DNA of 31,658 nucleotides, taken from a virus (lineage: Duplodnaviria; Caudoviricetes). Made by a program: the position numbers and the translations under genes. Positions 18,920 through 27,178 of the stretch are shown here, piece by piece. The DNA lies in the IMG/VR virus record IMGVR_UViG_3300033406_000031, positions 1 through 31,658 of that record; one strand, 5' to 3'. Each line of letters begins with the position of its first letter. Position 1 is the stretch's first letter. The notes below the pieces were generated by a model. The model was not told the origin of the DNA. It was given only the letters and a program-made list of their open reading frames with translations, and searched no databases.

Positions 18920-18961
18920 TATTCAACCTCACAAAAGAAGATTATTTCCAATGCTATAAGT

Positions 18962-19237
18962 CTAGTCTATTATCCCCAAGGCTTTTAGATTGTCAATTCC
19001 TGCCTGAGTAATAGTCGCCTTATCTAAAGAGGTGTCATAATACACATTCCCATCAAAATCTATGTTTGTTATTAATCCGTGTATTCTGAGGTAATCAACA
19101 ACTTCGGCAAAGTCCTTTAACTCCCAATTCAATTTACTTGCTCTTAAATTCGTCATATCTGAACCAGAATTATATTGTTCATCGTATATCTTTTTCAAAA
19201 GAAACTGACTTCGTTCATCTAACATCCATTTATCCAT
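18962..19237 (-). CDS. Small winged-helix protein (YjcQ-like)
   Basis: LLKKIY..DYLRIHGLI..ATITQAGID.L; RBS AAGGAGG; sigma-H promoter at 19295-19268. Confidence 0.7.
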   Translation of the reverse strand: MDKWMLDERSQFLLKKIYDEQYNSGSDMTNLRASKLNWELKDFAEVVDYLRIHGLITNIDFDGNVYYDTSLDKATITQAGIDNLKALGIID

Positions 19238-19322
19238 TTATGGCCTCCTTTGCCTATATTTTACATCATTCGGCAAAAAGGAATATAATTCCTGCAAAAT
19301 AAAATAGCCACTGCACATGGAT

Positions 19323-19610
19323 CTAGTTAGAAAAATCCATCTTATTATCCGAAAGGACTTGGTGTAGAACTTCTCCAAGCACACATAATTTGTGATGTTC
19401 TAACCTCAATTCAAGTCGATAATTTATCGCCTCTAGAACTTCATGTAATAGCACTTCATTCTTTCCACTTTGAGGAAGGTCTCCCGCTATATTAATCTCA
19501 TTTAGGTAATTATTACATTGACCAGTATTACCGCCGGACTGTGCAATATATTTATCTAAAATATTAATTTTATATTCATGTCCAAGTATTTTCACTGATT
19601 TCAAAGGCAT
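19323..19610 (-). CDS. Small zincin-like protein with degenerate HExxH (HEVLE)
   Basis: VKILGHEY..GQC....I.I....Q...VLLHEVLEAI; RBS GAGGTG. Confidence 0.65.
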   Translation of the reverse strand: MPLKSVKILGHEYKINILDKYIAQSGGNTGQCNNYLNEINIAGDLPQSGKNEVLLHEVLEAINYRLELRLEHHKLCVLGEVLHQVLSDNKMDFSN

Positions 19611-19684
19611 ACGTTCTATCACCTCTATATGGTATAATATTCCTGTACAAACCACTATATAATGTACAGAGAGGAGAAATATTG

Positions 19685-19849
19685 ATGGCCAAGAACACTG
19701 GTGAAGGATTCAGACGTGGAGCCGTTGATAACCGCAGCCAAACTCATGCCCCAAATGGCAATGCAATTAAACGAGACACCACTACTGGGCGATTCATTGA
19801 CCAAAAAACAACTCCAGGCGACTTTAAAGGCGTTCGCCACGAAAAGTAA
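19685..19849 (+). CDS. Small basic moron protein (54 aa, missed by ORF track)
   Basis: MAKNTGEGFRRGAVDNRSQTHAPNGNAIKRDTTTGRFIDQKTTPGDFKGVRHEK; RBS GAGGAG; TATAAT upstream; terminator downstream. Confidence 0.8.
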   Translation: MAKNTGEGFRRGAVDNRSQTHAPNGNAIKRDTTTGRFIDQKTTPGDFKGVRHEK

Positions 19850-19866
19850 ATATTTCTCTACTAGCT

Positions 19867-19902
19867 GAGCCGCACCGAGTCACCGGAGCGGCTTTTGCTT
19901 TT
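19867..19902 (+). terminator. Intrinsic terminator
   Basis: GAGCCGCACCG..CGGAGCGGCTTTTGCTTTT. Confidence 0.7.
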
Positions 19903-19954
19903 GTTAACTTGCAGATTATAGTTGTTTTAACGTCCGCCTCCTTGTTTTTGGGCA

Positions 19955-19983
19955 ATATAAAAGCGCCCATTTGGACGCTTCTT
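19955..19983 (-). terminator. Terminator of the DUF6338-peptide operon
   Basis: AAGCGTCC-AAAT-GGGCGCTTTTATAT right after the peptide 3 stop. Confidence 0.7.
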
Positions 19984-20124
19984 TCAGGTCTTCGTATTTT
20001 TGCCAGTTTTAGTCTCACCAGTACCGCCTCTGGGAGGTTTAATATTTCCACTTGACCCTTCAGGGCTATATCCGTCATGCGCTACTCCGCGTTTACCTTC
20101 TCCCTTACTTTTGGGTTTCATCAT
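19984..20124 (-). CDS. GYSP/PPxGG peptide 3 (46 aa)
   Basis: MMKPKSKGEGKRGVAHDGYSPEGSSGNIKPPRGGTGETKTGKNTKT; RBS AGGAGG. Confidence 0.8.
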   Translation of the reverse strand: MMKPKSKGEGKRGVAHDGYSPEGSSGNIKPPRGGTGETKTGKNTKT

Positions 20125-20260
20125 TTGAATTATTTCCTCCTGCTGATTCTCCAGTTCCACCTCTTGGTGGTTTTATCTTTCCAGAAGATGCTTCAGGACT
20201 ATAGCCACCGTGTATAATTCTTGGTTTGTCTTGTTTTTCTTTATTACTTTTTTGTTCCAT
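20105..20260 (-). CDS. GYSP/PPxGG peptide 2 (51 aa)
   Basis: MEQKSNKEKQDKPRIIHGGYSPEASSGKIKPPRGGTGESAGGNNSNDETQK; RBS GGGAG. Confidence 0.8.
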   Translation of the reverse strand: MEQKSNKEKQDKPRIIHGGYSPEASSGKIKPPRGGTGESAGGNNSNDETQK

Positions 20261-20393
20261 TACTTAAACTACTCCCGCCTGAAGACTCACCAGTTCCGCC
20301 TTTCGGTGGTTTTATAGTCGTTACCGATTGCGGGGAATATCCTTTTTTCTCTACAGGGCAATAGCCGTCAGTCAACACTTTCTGTTTGCTCAT
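20244..20393 (-). CDS. GYSP/PPxGG peptide 1 (49 aa)
   Basis: MSKQKVLTDGYCPVEKKGYSPQSVTTIKPPKGGTGESSGGSSLSNGTKK; RBS GAGGGGG. Confidence 0.8.
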   Translation of the reverse strand: MSKQKVLTDGYCPVEKKGYSPQSVTTIKPPKGGTGESSGGSSLSNGTKK

Positions 20394-20997
20394 GTTCGCC
20401 CCCCTCATAATTAGTATCAAAGAACTCTAAGTAATCAAAGTTTTCCTTACTTATCCACAAACCATATGTGCCTTCAACTTTATTCAGAAATGCTCCATTG
20501 TTATCCACTCGCCATACCTCTTCTAGATATAAATCCTCGGTATTAGGAAACGAAGAAGTATAAGATTTTTCGCTGAGATATAACCCACCAACCAATTTAC
20601 CATTTTTCAAGTGAATAAGAACAAAACAAGCCTTCCTTGACGAGAAAAAATGATCCCATGCTTTTGGTGTAGGAAGAATAACTTTATTTCTAAACCGCTC
20701 GCTTTCAATAACTTTTTTTATAATTATTGGCCATAAAATCGGAAGCACTAACAGTAAGACATAGATCAAAAATATAAAGGCGCCTGGATAATAGGGCTGT
20801 ATTTTCTTTATATACGCTAAAACCCACCATACAACTGCAAAATTGATACAGCCATAGCTCATAACTTCTAAGAAATAATCGACGGGCTTACGTATTTCTC
20901 CTGGAACTAATAGCTGCCATACTTTCCAAGATATAAAACCAGGAACAAAACAAAAAATAAATAAAGTCATCTTATCAATATTAAAAATATCTACCAT
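20368..20997 (-). CDS. DUF6338-like membrane protein
   Basis: FVPGFIS in TM1, 3 TM, P.AWDHFF...V.IHLKNGK.VGG.Y...S.TSSFP..EDLYLEEVW. Confidence 0.8.
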   Translation of the reverse strand: MVDIFNIDKMTLFIFCFVPGFISWKVWQLLVPGEIRKPVDYFLEVMSYGCINFAVVWWVLAYIKKIQPYYPGAFIFLIYVLLLVLPILWPIIIKKVIESERFRNKVILPTPKAWDHFFSSRKACFVLIHLKNGKLVGGLYLSEKSYTSSFPNTEDLYLEEVWRVDNNGAFLNKVEGTYGLWISKENFDYLEFFDTNYEGGEHEQTESVD

Positions 20998-21171
20998 GTC
21001 CCAGCCCTCAATACCAACTAAAGCGTTATTTCCTTATGCCTGTTTTCAACATAAGGAAATAAACTCCTGCAAAATTCATAAAAAATAGACCGCCCTTCAA
21101 GGCGTCCATGTTATGTAAACTCATTAAGTTGCAGACCAATTAATTTAAGTTTAGCATATTTGTCAAAAAAG

Positions 21172-21498
21172 TCAACCGTTAAAAGAGGCGCACTTTCCAG
21201 CCAAACCCACATTAATTTGGGCTAACGATTTCTTTTTCATGTCAGCCTTTCGGCTTCGCCCCTTGCTTTTACTGCCGCCACTACCTAGCAAAGCCTCTCC
21301 CGCTGGTAATGCTTCTTTGGCTGGCAAGTTAGCCTTGTATCTTTCACACATCAAGCTTGCAATTTCATCATTTTCCGCATTACTTGTTTCCGGCCAAACC
21401 TCAGTACCACATTCGGGGCATTTATAAAAATCTTGCTTTGAACTGTAAGTCATAACAACCCTGCACTCCTGACAAAACCAAGGTTTTCTAATCATCAT
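21172..21498 (-). CDS. Zinc-ribbon protein (possible late regulator)
   Basis: CQEC..CPECG; last gene of early operon. Confidence 0.65.
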   Translation of the reverse strand: MMIRKPWFCQECRVVMTYSSKQDFYKCPECGTEVWPETSNAENDEIASLMCERYKANLPAKEALPAGEALLGSGGSKSKGRSRKADMKKKSLAQINVGLAGKCASFNG

Positions 21499-21575
21499 AA
21501 CCCCTCCCAAAATAAATATCATTCAAAACACCAATAGGGCGACCTGATCGGCTGCCCTTTATCTGTAATTGCTGA

Positions 21576-21971
21576 TCATCGCCGCCCTACCCATGCTTGC
21601 AGTTCATCATCCCATTCCGCATTATATTGCGCTGGCAATTGTACCGCCATATTTAGCAAATACCTGATAACCGCTTTACATGCTACAAATTTACTTGTTG
21701 TTTTACTGCCTTGTGGCTTAACCTTTAACCCATTTCGCGCCTTCCTGAGAAGAATGATATTGCCTTTTTTGTTGATCAGTAACTCAACTTCTTCATTGTT
21801 CTTAAAGTGATTTCCGACAACTGACGAAATTGTAACCTTGTCTTTAGTTACTCTTATGTATGATCCCTGACTCAAACGGGAGTTAGTGGCATCAAACTTT
21901 ATAAAATCATTAAGATTTAATTTTACTTTGCAGGCATTGAAACTCTCTTCTTGTTTTTTCTCATAATGCAT
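21576..21971 (-). CDS. Hypothetical basic protein
   Basis: ORF with RBS GGAG. Confidence 0.65.
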   Translation of the reverse strand: MHYEKKQEESFNACKVKLNLNDFIKFDATNSRLSQGSYIRVTKDKVTISSVVGNHFKNNEEVELLINKKGNIILLRKARNGLKVKPQGSKTTSKFVACKAVIRYLLNMAVQLPAQYNAEWDDELQAWVGRR

Positions 21972-21983
21972 AATTTCACTCTC

Positions 21984-22085
21984 CTATATAATCAGTATTG
22001 CTACCAGTACCCCGGCGCTAATAGTTACCACCAACCCCGGTGGAGTGCAGAGCAAGAAATAAAATGTGTTAGTCAGTTTTTGTAT
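21984..22085 (-). CDS. Possible 33-aa membrane peptide with ATA start
   Basis: AGGAGG-N9-ATA; IQKLTNTFYFLLCTPPGLVVTISAGVLVAILII; fills the gap. Confidence 0.4.
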   Translation of the reverse strand: MQKLTNTFYFLLCTPPGLVVTISAGVLVAILII

Positions 22086-22509
22086 TGCGGGTCGCCTCCT
22101 TTGCTTTGGCTAGGGCTTCATCAATCAAGCTTTGTATTTCTATTGACCATCCAATAATGGCTTCAAAAGATTTATCATCATACATGCCTTTATTATCTAT
22201 AGGTATTGGTGTCTTATCTAGGTGATCATTGATCTGTTCTAACGCACTAACCAAATCAGCAACCTTTGACTCCGCCTTATCTGCTCTGATACCTTGACAT
22301 GTAGCATCAATATCTTTTTTCTCTAGGCGATATAGTTCTTCGTCTAGCACCTTGAATTCTTGTTCTAATTTTTTATATTTGGCTTTTTCTGCCTGTAACT
22401 GCATCCAGTATTCATATGCCTGTCGTATGGCAAATTTAAAATGATTGTCCGACATCTGTAGTTCATCTTTAAGCTGTTTAATCGTCTTCCATTGTGTCAG
22501 AAACAGCAC
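22069..22509 (-). CDS. Coiled-coil hypothetical protein
   Basis: RBS GGGGTGGGG; early operon. Confidence 0.7.
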   Translation of the reverse strand: MLFLTQWKTIKQLKDELQMSDNHFKFAIRQAYEYWMQLQAEKAKYKKLEQEFKVLDEELYRLEKKDIDATCQGIRADKAESKVADLVSALEQINDHLDKTPIPIDNKGMYDDKSFEAIIGWSIEIQSLIDEALAKAKEATRNTKTD

Positions 22510-22570
22510 CTACCCCACCCCCATTGTTTGTGTCGGTTTCACGCGCGCGGGACCATAACAATGAATAAAG

Positions 22571-22798
22571 CTACTTTGCTAAGTCCTTAACCTTCTTCAT
22601 ACACTTCGGGCAAAAATCCGTTTCATACCCCAAATGAGTAGCGCAGCTTTCGCATATCGGCCTATCGCATGTTACCTTTTTACCGTGTTTCAAAACCATA
22701 TGCGGAGAAATCCACTCGCCGACAGGATAGTCACAAAGTAACGTCGCCTTATTTCTTTTGCAAAAACTACACCTTTCGTCTGCTGGAATAATGTCCAT
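22571..22798 (-). CDS. Zinc-finger protein
   Basis: CSFC..LLCD..TCDRPICESC..DFCPKC. Confidence 0.75.
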   Translation of the reverse strand: MDIIPADERCSFCKRNKATLLCDYPVGEWISPHMVLKHGKKVTCDRPICESCATHLGYETDFCPKCMKKVKDLAK

Positions 22799-22802
22799 CC
22801 CC

Positions 22803-23234
22803 TCAGCACTCCTCAAAAATTAAATCCGAATATTTCTCCCTAAATAGCTTGATCTTGATCTTGTATACCTCTGTCCTGTACCCCTTGGTATCAATCCATA
22901 CCTCACTACCATCAGCATACAAAACCCAAAAATCTGGCGTATATGTAATCGGCTTTACCCATTTTTTCGTCTGTTGGCACATGTAACCATGCTGCAACAC
23001 AAAGGCTTTTGGATGATGCTTGAAGTCTATTACCTCGCCCGCGCGCTTTAGCAGCACCAACTCCCCGTACTTAGCGGCTTCCTTCTTGGAGTCGAACACC
23101 ATACCATCAAGCTGAACCTTCACATTGTTGTATTTGGCCCCTTTTTCAGCCTTACCGCTCAATTCGTCCTTAAGGCGCTTATTACGCCGCTGACAGTCAG
23201 GTGATAGGTTTTCCCATGAAATCGCTAATCTCAT
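22803..23234 (-). CDS. DUF1064 PD-(D/E)xK nuclease
   Basis: KYNN..DGMVFDSKKEA..ITYTPDF..IDTKG..T.VYKIK. Confidence 0.88.
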   Translation of the reverse strand: MRLAISWENLSPDCQRRNKRLKDELSGKAEKGAKYNNVKVQLDGMVFDSKKEAAKYGELVLLKRAGEVIDFKHHPKAFVLQHGYMCQQTKKWVKPITYTPDFWVLYADGSEVWIDTKGYRTEVYKIKIKLFREKYSDLIFEEC

Positions 23235-23235
23235 G

Positions 23236-24015
23236 TTAATCAACCGCCCTAACACACGGACAAGTCACTATGTTTACCTCTTTAGTCCCCTCGATCGCCA
23301 GCTTGAGCTTTCCGGTACCACCGCATTTAGTGCAGCCTTCCCGCGCTTTTCTCTTAACCGGATAAGCCGGTGTTGTTGTAAACCCATGACCTGAGTTTTT
23401 TACTTTCGGCTTAAGAATAGCGATCAAGTAAGCCAGCGGATCAGCAATCGGCATTATTGCCATGGCAGCCTTTAACTTAGCTATCCCACTAGTTACTTGA
23501 TCAGGCCCGAAGTTGTTGTACTGTTGACCAATCACCCCATAGTCACGTTGACCGGGGACGACACCGGGTATTTCCCGGTACCGTGCAACCAACTCAGCGA
23601 TTATTCCCTGGTTGGACGGGGCGCTTTCGCCTCCGTGAGACCGCTTTAGCCACTTAATTGACTTGCGGACGTCGAACACCTGTCCTTTCGGTGCCCTACG
23701 TGAACGGATATATCCGTGTTCTTCGAGCCGTCTTAAGTTTTTCTTTATCGTTTCTGGGTGAGTGCCCAAGTCGTTTGCTATGTCATTGGCGGTTATTGGC
23801 TTGCCTCCTAAGACCTTACCCCACCTAACACCGTCCTCTTCCTTGTCAGCCGTTGTCTTATCGATCAGCCAAAGGAACTCCCATAAGGCTGAACCGATCT
23901 TATCATGATGATCAGGGGTGATTAACCCATTTGACACGAGAAACGTATTCGTTTTTTCTTCCGTAGTCATCACCGCCTGCTTGGATATATATTTTATATA
24001 TCTATGTACCGTCAT
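23236..24015 (-). CDS. Phage replication initiator (winged HTH)
   Basis: IGSALWEFLWLIDKTT..VLGGKPI..IANDLG..TIKKNLRRLEEHGYI; adjacent iterons; start uncertain (~23970-24015). Confidence 0.75.
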   Translation of the reverse strand: MTVHRYIKYISKQAVMTTEEKTNTFLVSNGLITPDHHDKIGSALWEFLWLIDKTTADKEEDGVRWGKVLGGKPITANDIANDLGTHPETIKKNLRRLEEHGYIRSRRAPKGQVFDVRKSIKWLKRSHGGESAPSNQGIIAELVARYREIPGVVPGQRDYGVIGQQYNNFGPDQVTSGIAKLKAAMAIMPIADPLAYLIAILKPKVKNSGHGFTTTPAYPVKRKAREGCTKCGGTGKLKLAIEGTKEVNIVTCPCVRAVD

Positions 24016-24035
24016 CTATGTACCGTCTTATATTG

Positions 24036-24152
24036 GATAAAGCGATTTGGCTTTATCACTGGGGGTGTGATACAACGTTTTCGCTTTATCACTATTTCAG
24101 ATAAAGTGTTTTCGCTGTATCACTGGTACTGATAAAGCGTTTTCGCTTTATC
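24036..24152. repeat. Four palindromic 22-bp iterons (putative origin)
   Basis: GATAAAGCG-TTTT-CGCTTTATC consensus at 24036, 24069, 24100, 24131. Confidence 0.85.
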
Positions 24153-24540
24153 CCTCATTACTGCCCTGTGGATAACTGTCAAAACCTTTAAGTAGTCGAC
24201 CAACAGTTACTTGAGAAATCTCCAATATTTCCCGCACACATTTTTCTGCGTCAATAAAAACCTCTGTAGCCATAAATCGAATTACAATGTACCCCTGCTT
24301 GATTAAGTACCTTTCCCTGGTATAATCATCAAACCGTTGCTCTTTTGTCTTGTGAAATTCATGACCATCAATCTCAACAACATACCTTTTGCAAAATAGG
24401 AAGTCGACTACGTAAGGGCCTATCTGCACCTTGGGATTTAAAAAATATTCAATCGGTACGCCAGGTATTTCACCTTGCTGAATTTTACAATAAGCATCAT
24501 AAAAATGTTGTTCGATCTCATTAAGGTCTTTTGGATTCAT
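24148..24540 (-). CDS. DUF559/Vsr-like endonuclease
   Basis: IGPYVVDF..VVEIDGHEFH..D..R.RYL..GY.VIRF. Confidence 0.88.
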   Translation of the reverse strand: MNPKDLNEIEQHFYDAYCKIQQGEIPGVPIEYFLNPKVQIGPYVVDFLFCKRYVVEIDGHEFHKTKEQRFDDYTRERYLIKQGYIVIRFMATEVFIDAEKCVREILEISQVTVGRLLKGFDSYPQGSNEG

Positions 24541-24611
24541 AGGTTGCTTCTCCCCCTCAAAAGGAGGCAGCTCCCGCGTCCGCCTCCCAAACTCCCTATT
24601 GATAAAACTCT

Positions 24612-24842
24612 CTAACCAGCTTTCCCTGACACCGTATTTCTAGCGCACGCCGGGCAATCACTCATATAAGGTGATCCGCTCGGCGTCTTACACCGTTGGC
24701 AGATAGCCGACAGGGTTTTCCATTGACGTCCACAGCTTGGGCATTCCATTAGCACCATAGGTTTACTGTAGCCTGCCTGTACGCCCTGGGCTCCGCAATC
24801 GCGGCAAGTAGTTACCGTTGTGACACCCGGCATGCACTTCAT
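24612..24842 (-). CDS. Multi-CxxC zinc-binding protein
   Basis: Four CxxC pairs. Confidence 0.65.
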   Translation of the reverse strand: MKCMPGVTTVTTCRDCGAQGVQAGYSKPMVLMECPSCGRQWKTLSAICQRCKTPSGSPYMSDCPACARNTVSGKAG

Positions 24843-24846
24843 TAGA

Positions 24847-25188
24847 TCACCCCGCCGCTACCGGCAGCCCGCATATCTTGCAAAATTTATCGCCCTCGTT
24901 TATCTCACTGTTACTGCACTTAGGACAAATTTGCTCGGGCTCCTCACTCTCTTCATGGGTATCATTGCACCGCTGAAGTATAAATGTGGGTCCAAAAACC
25001 ACAGGCTCATTTTTTACATAGTTGTCAACCATTATGTTTAAGGTGTTCATGACAAAAAGGATTTCATCGACATTGTTGTGCCTAAAATTATGGTTTGGCG
25101 GATTACCTACTATCGCCTCAAAGCATTTCAGCGCTGTGGCCGCCAAGTGCTTAATTTTTGCCCCGTCACAAATTAACTTTTTATTCAT
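24847..25188 (-). CDS. Hypothetical protein with C-terminal zinc ribbon
   Basis: CPKC..KFCKICG. Confidence 0.65.
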   Translation of the reverse strand: MNKKLICDGAKIKHLAATALKCFEAIVGNPPNHNFRHNNVDEILFVMNTLNIMVDNYVKNEPVVFGPTFILQRCNDTHEESEEPEQICPKCSNSEINEGDKFCKICGLPVAAG

Positions 25189-26110
25189 GGTCCTCATCCT
25201 CCGCTTTTAAGCTCTGCGTCATTCTCCGGTGCTTCTCAACCATAGATTCCTGTACAGGCTGTTTGTCCGCTCCTGGTGCCTGTTCCTCGGCTTCCTGGGG
25301 TGGTTGTTCAATAACACCTTCGGCTTCTTCTACAGCCCCACCCTCGGCATCGATATAGTCATAAGTGATTTCCCCTGTATCTGCTTGCTGGTTGACCACC
25401 GCTTGATCAGACCGGAACGCAGTCTGCATTTCAATGGACAAAATACCGTATTTGGATAACAAGCGTTTCAATACTGTCTTTAAGCACATAGAATGCGGAT
25501 CAGTCTTCCATAATCCATTTTCCCGGTGAAAGGACTTACTGAACTTTTTACCGTGTGCCATTACTTCCTCAGTAGTCATGTAAAGGAACTTCTCAAAGCC
25601 ATTAATCAATTTGAAATACGCTACATAACCGATAATCTTATCTGACTGCTTGCCTTCAAAATCAAACTCGATTTCTCCGGTAATCCGGTTAGCACTCTTA
25701 ATTTCGCCCTCGTAGACTTCGGAAACGTTCATGGTTTTATATAGGCCTGTCCTCATTGCTAACTGGACAAATCCCTTATATCCCAATTGAAACTGCGCTT
25801 TTCCGCTATACGGGACTATGTAGGCAAACCCTAGATTAGGATCTACCGGTAAGTCCAATGTGGCCGCTATGGAGGCCGCTGTAATTACTGACATTTGATC
25901 ACAAGTTTTCAATGCATTATTGCCGTTAACTACATTGATAATGCTGGACATAAAGCCTATGGCCTTCTTGCCAAGAATCTCTTCAAACCGCTTTTTTATA
26001 TTCACATCAGCCAATAAAGCCTTAATGCCTTCTTGCTTGGCTGGCATATTCCCAGCCTGGTTATTTACTCGATTCATCAAGTGGGCATTACCACCGCTTG
26101 CATTTGCCAT
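25181..26110 (-). CDS. recT: RecT-family ssDNA annealing recombinase
   Basis: LDLPVDPNLGFAYIVPY..AQFQLGYKGFVQLAMRTG..M.LKTVLK. Confidence 0.95.
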   Translation of the reverse strand: MANASGGNAHLMNRVNNQAGNMPAKQEGIKALLADVNIKKRFEEILGKKAIGFMSSIINVVNGNNALKTCDQMSVITAASIAATLDLPVDPNLGFAYIVPYSGKAQFQLGYKGFVQLAMRTGLYKTMNVSEVYEGEIKSANRITGEIEFDFEGKQSDKIIGYVAYFKLINGFEKFLYMTTEEVMAHGKKFSKSFHRENGLWKTDPHSMCLKTVLKRLLSKYGILSIEMQTAFRSDQAVVNQQADTGEITYDYIDAEGGAVEEAEGVIEQPPQEAEEQAPGADKQPVQESMVEKHRRMTQSLKAEDEDHE

Positions 26111-26130
26111 GTTCAATTCCTCCCCAATAT

Positions 26131-27069
26131 TTACATTTCCTTAATGGAAAACCACCTAGACGGCTCTCCTACTTTTGCATACTTGGCATGCAGGTCTGGA
26201 AAATCAACTTTGAAGGTCTTACTATCAAACCGCTCCGGTGCTTTCCTCGATTTCCAATTTACAGCGCGTCCATTAATTTGACCGATTTCATTGTCACCCA
26301 GTAACTCTTCCAAAGAATGTTGCGCTTCCTGTTTCCGAAGCTTTGCAGCATCTTCATCTTGTTTTGCTGATTCATACTGAGTAATAAAGGATTCCGCTAT
26401 AGCCGGAAGAGCTACCATCTTACCGTTACTTTCCGGATATAAAGACTTGAGTGCATCGGCGCAAGCGTCCGATCCGTCGACCGCAGGCATTGTGCCATTA
26501 ACTACATGATCCCAAAACTGCTTTTGTACCTCAATCATTCGCTCAATAAAGGCATCATCCCGAACAACCACCTTATGTACAAAAGTGTTACCGCCAATCA
26601 GACAAGCAATATACCAGGTTTTATATCCGGTAACGGCCATATAGTGCTGACATTGTACATAGTAGGCATCCGGTACATTGTCGCCTTCCCAATCATCCTT
26701 CCGGTATGCACTGGTGGTCTTACATTCAAGTCCGGCCCGTTCTCCAACAATCATCCGGTCAATATTAGCAATCATGAAAGGATATTCGGAATGGGTCAGA
26801 ATGGCATTTTTCCGTTTTACCTTTAGCCCTGTTCGTAGTGTAAACTCACCTGCTACGATATCCTCTAGGCGTTGACCCCAGTATGCGTATTCCCCGACTT
26901 CCTCCGGTACTATTTGACCGGTCTTTTCAAGCCACAGGCCAACCGGACTTTTATACCGGCTTAATCCAAGGACAATCGGGGCATCACTACCACCGATTCC
27001 CTGTCGCCGAAGTTCAAGCCATTCGGCGCGCTCAATATCTTTGGTTTTTGCCAAGACGCTTACAGTCAT
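26131..27069 (-). CDS. yqaJ: YqaJ-family (lambda-exonuclease) recombination nuclease
   Basis: WLELRRQGIGGSD..ANID..GLECKT..YYVQCQHYMAVTG. Confidence 0.95.
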   Translation of the reverse strand: MTVSVLAKTKDIERAEWLELRRQGIGGSDAPIVLGLSRYKSPVGLWLEKTGQIVPEEVGEYAYWGQRLEDIVAGEFTLRTGLKVKRKNAILTHSEYPFMIANIDRMIVGERAGLECKTTSAYRKDDWEGDNVPDAYYVQCQHYMAVTGYKTWYIACLIGGNTFVHKVVVRDDAFIERMIEVQKQFWDHVVNGTMPAVDGSDACADALKSLYPESNGKMVALPAIAESFITQYESAKQDEDAAKLRKQEAQHSLEELLGDNEIGQINGRAVNWKSRKAPERFDSKTFKVDFPDLHAKYAKVGEPSRWFSIKEM

Positions 27070-27176
27070 TCGTCTTCGCCCTCCTCTTCTTCAGCCACCC
27101 TCTGCGCTAATGGACATCTATTGCAGTGACTTTCACTGGGTGGATTGCACATGGAGCATTGAGTTAATCCGTCCAT
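27066..27176 (-). CDS. 36-aa Cys-rich peptide
   Basis: MDGLTQCSMCNPPSESHCNRCP..; ATGA overlap with yqaJ. Confidence 0.55.
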   Translation of the reverse strand: MDGLTQCSMCNPPSESHCNRCPLAQRVAEEEEGEDE

Positions 27177-27178
27177 AC

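Noticed and set aside
19655-19840. 61-aa ORF (-)
   Set aside because: Antisense shadow of the 54-aa + gene, which has an RBS and terminator
19824-20078. 84-aa ORF from the track (-)
   Set aside because: Overlaps peptide 3 in another frame and runs through two terminators; the peptide frame explains the repeat conservation
19984-20393. Possible CRISPR, DGR or arbitrium locus
   Set aside because: Repeats are conserved at amino-acid level; no reverse transcriptase, TPR receptor or signal peptides in the window
24036-24152. Possible mini-CRISPR array
   Set aside because: Spacers are only 9-11 bp, no cas genes, adjacent to rep; iterons are more plausible
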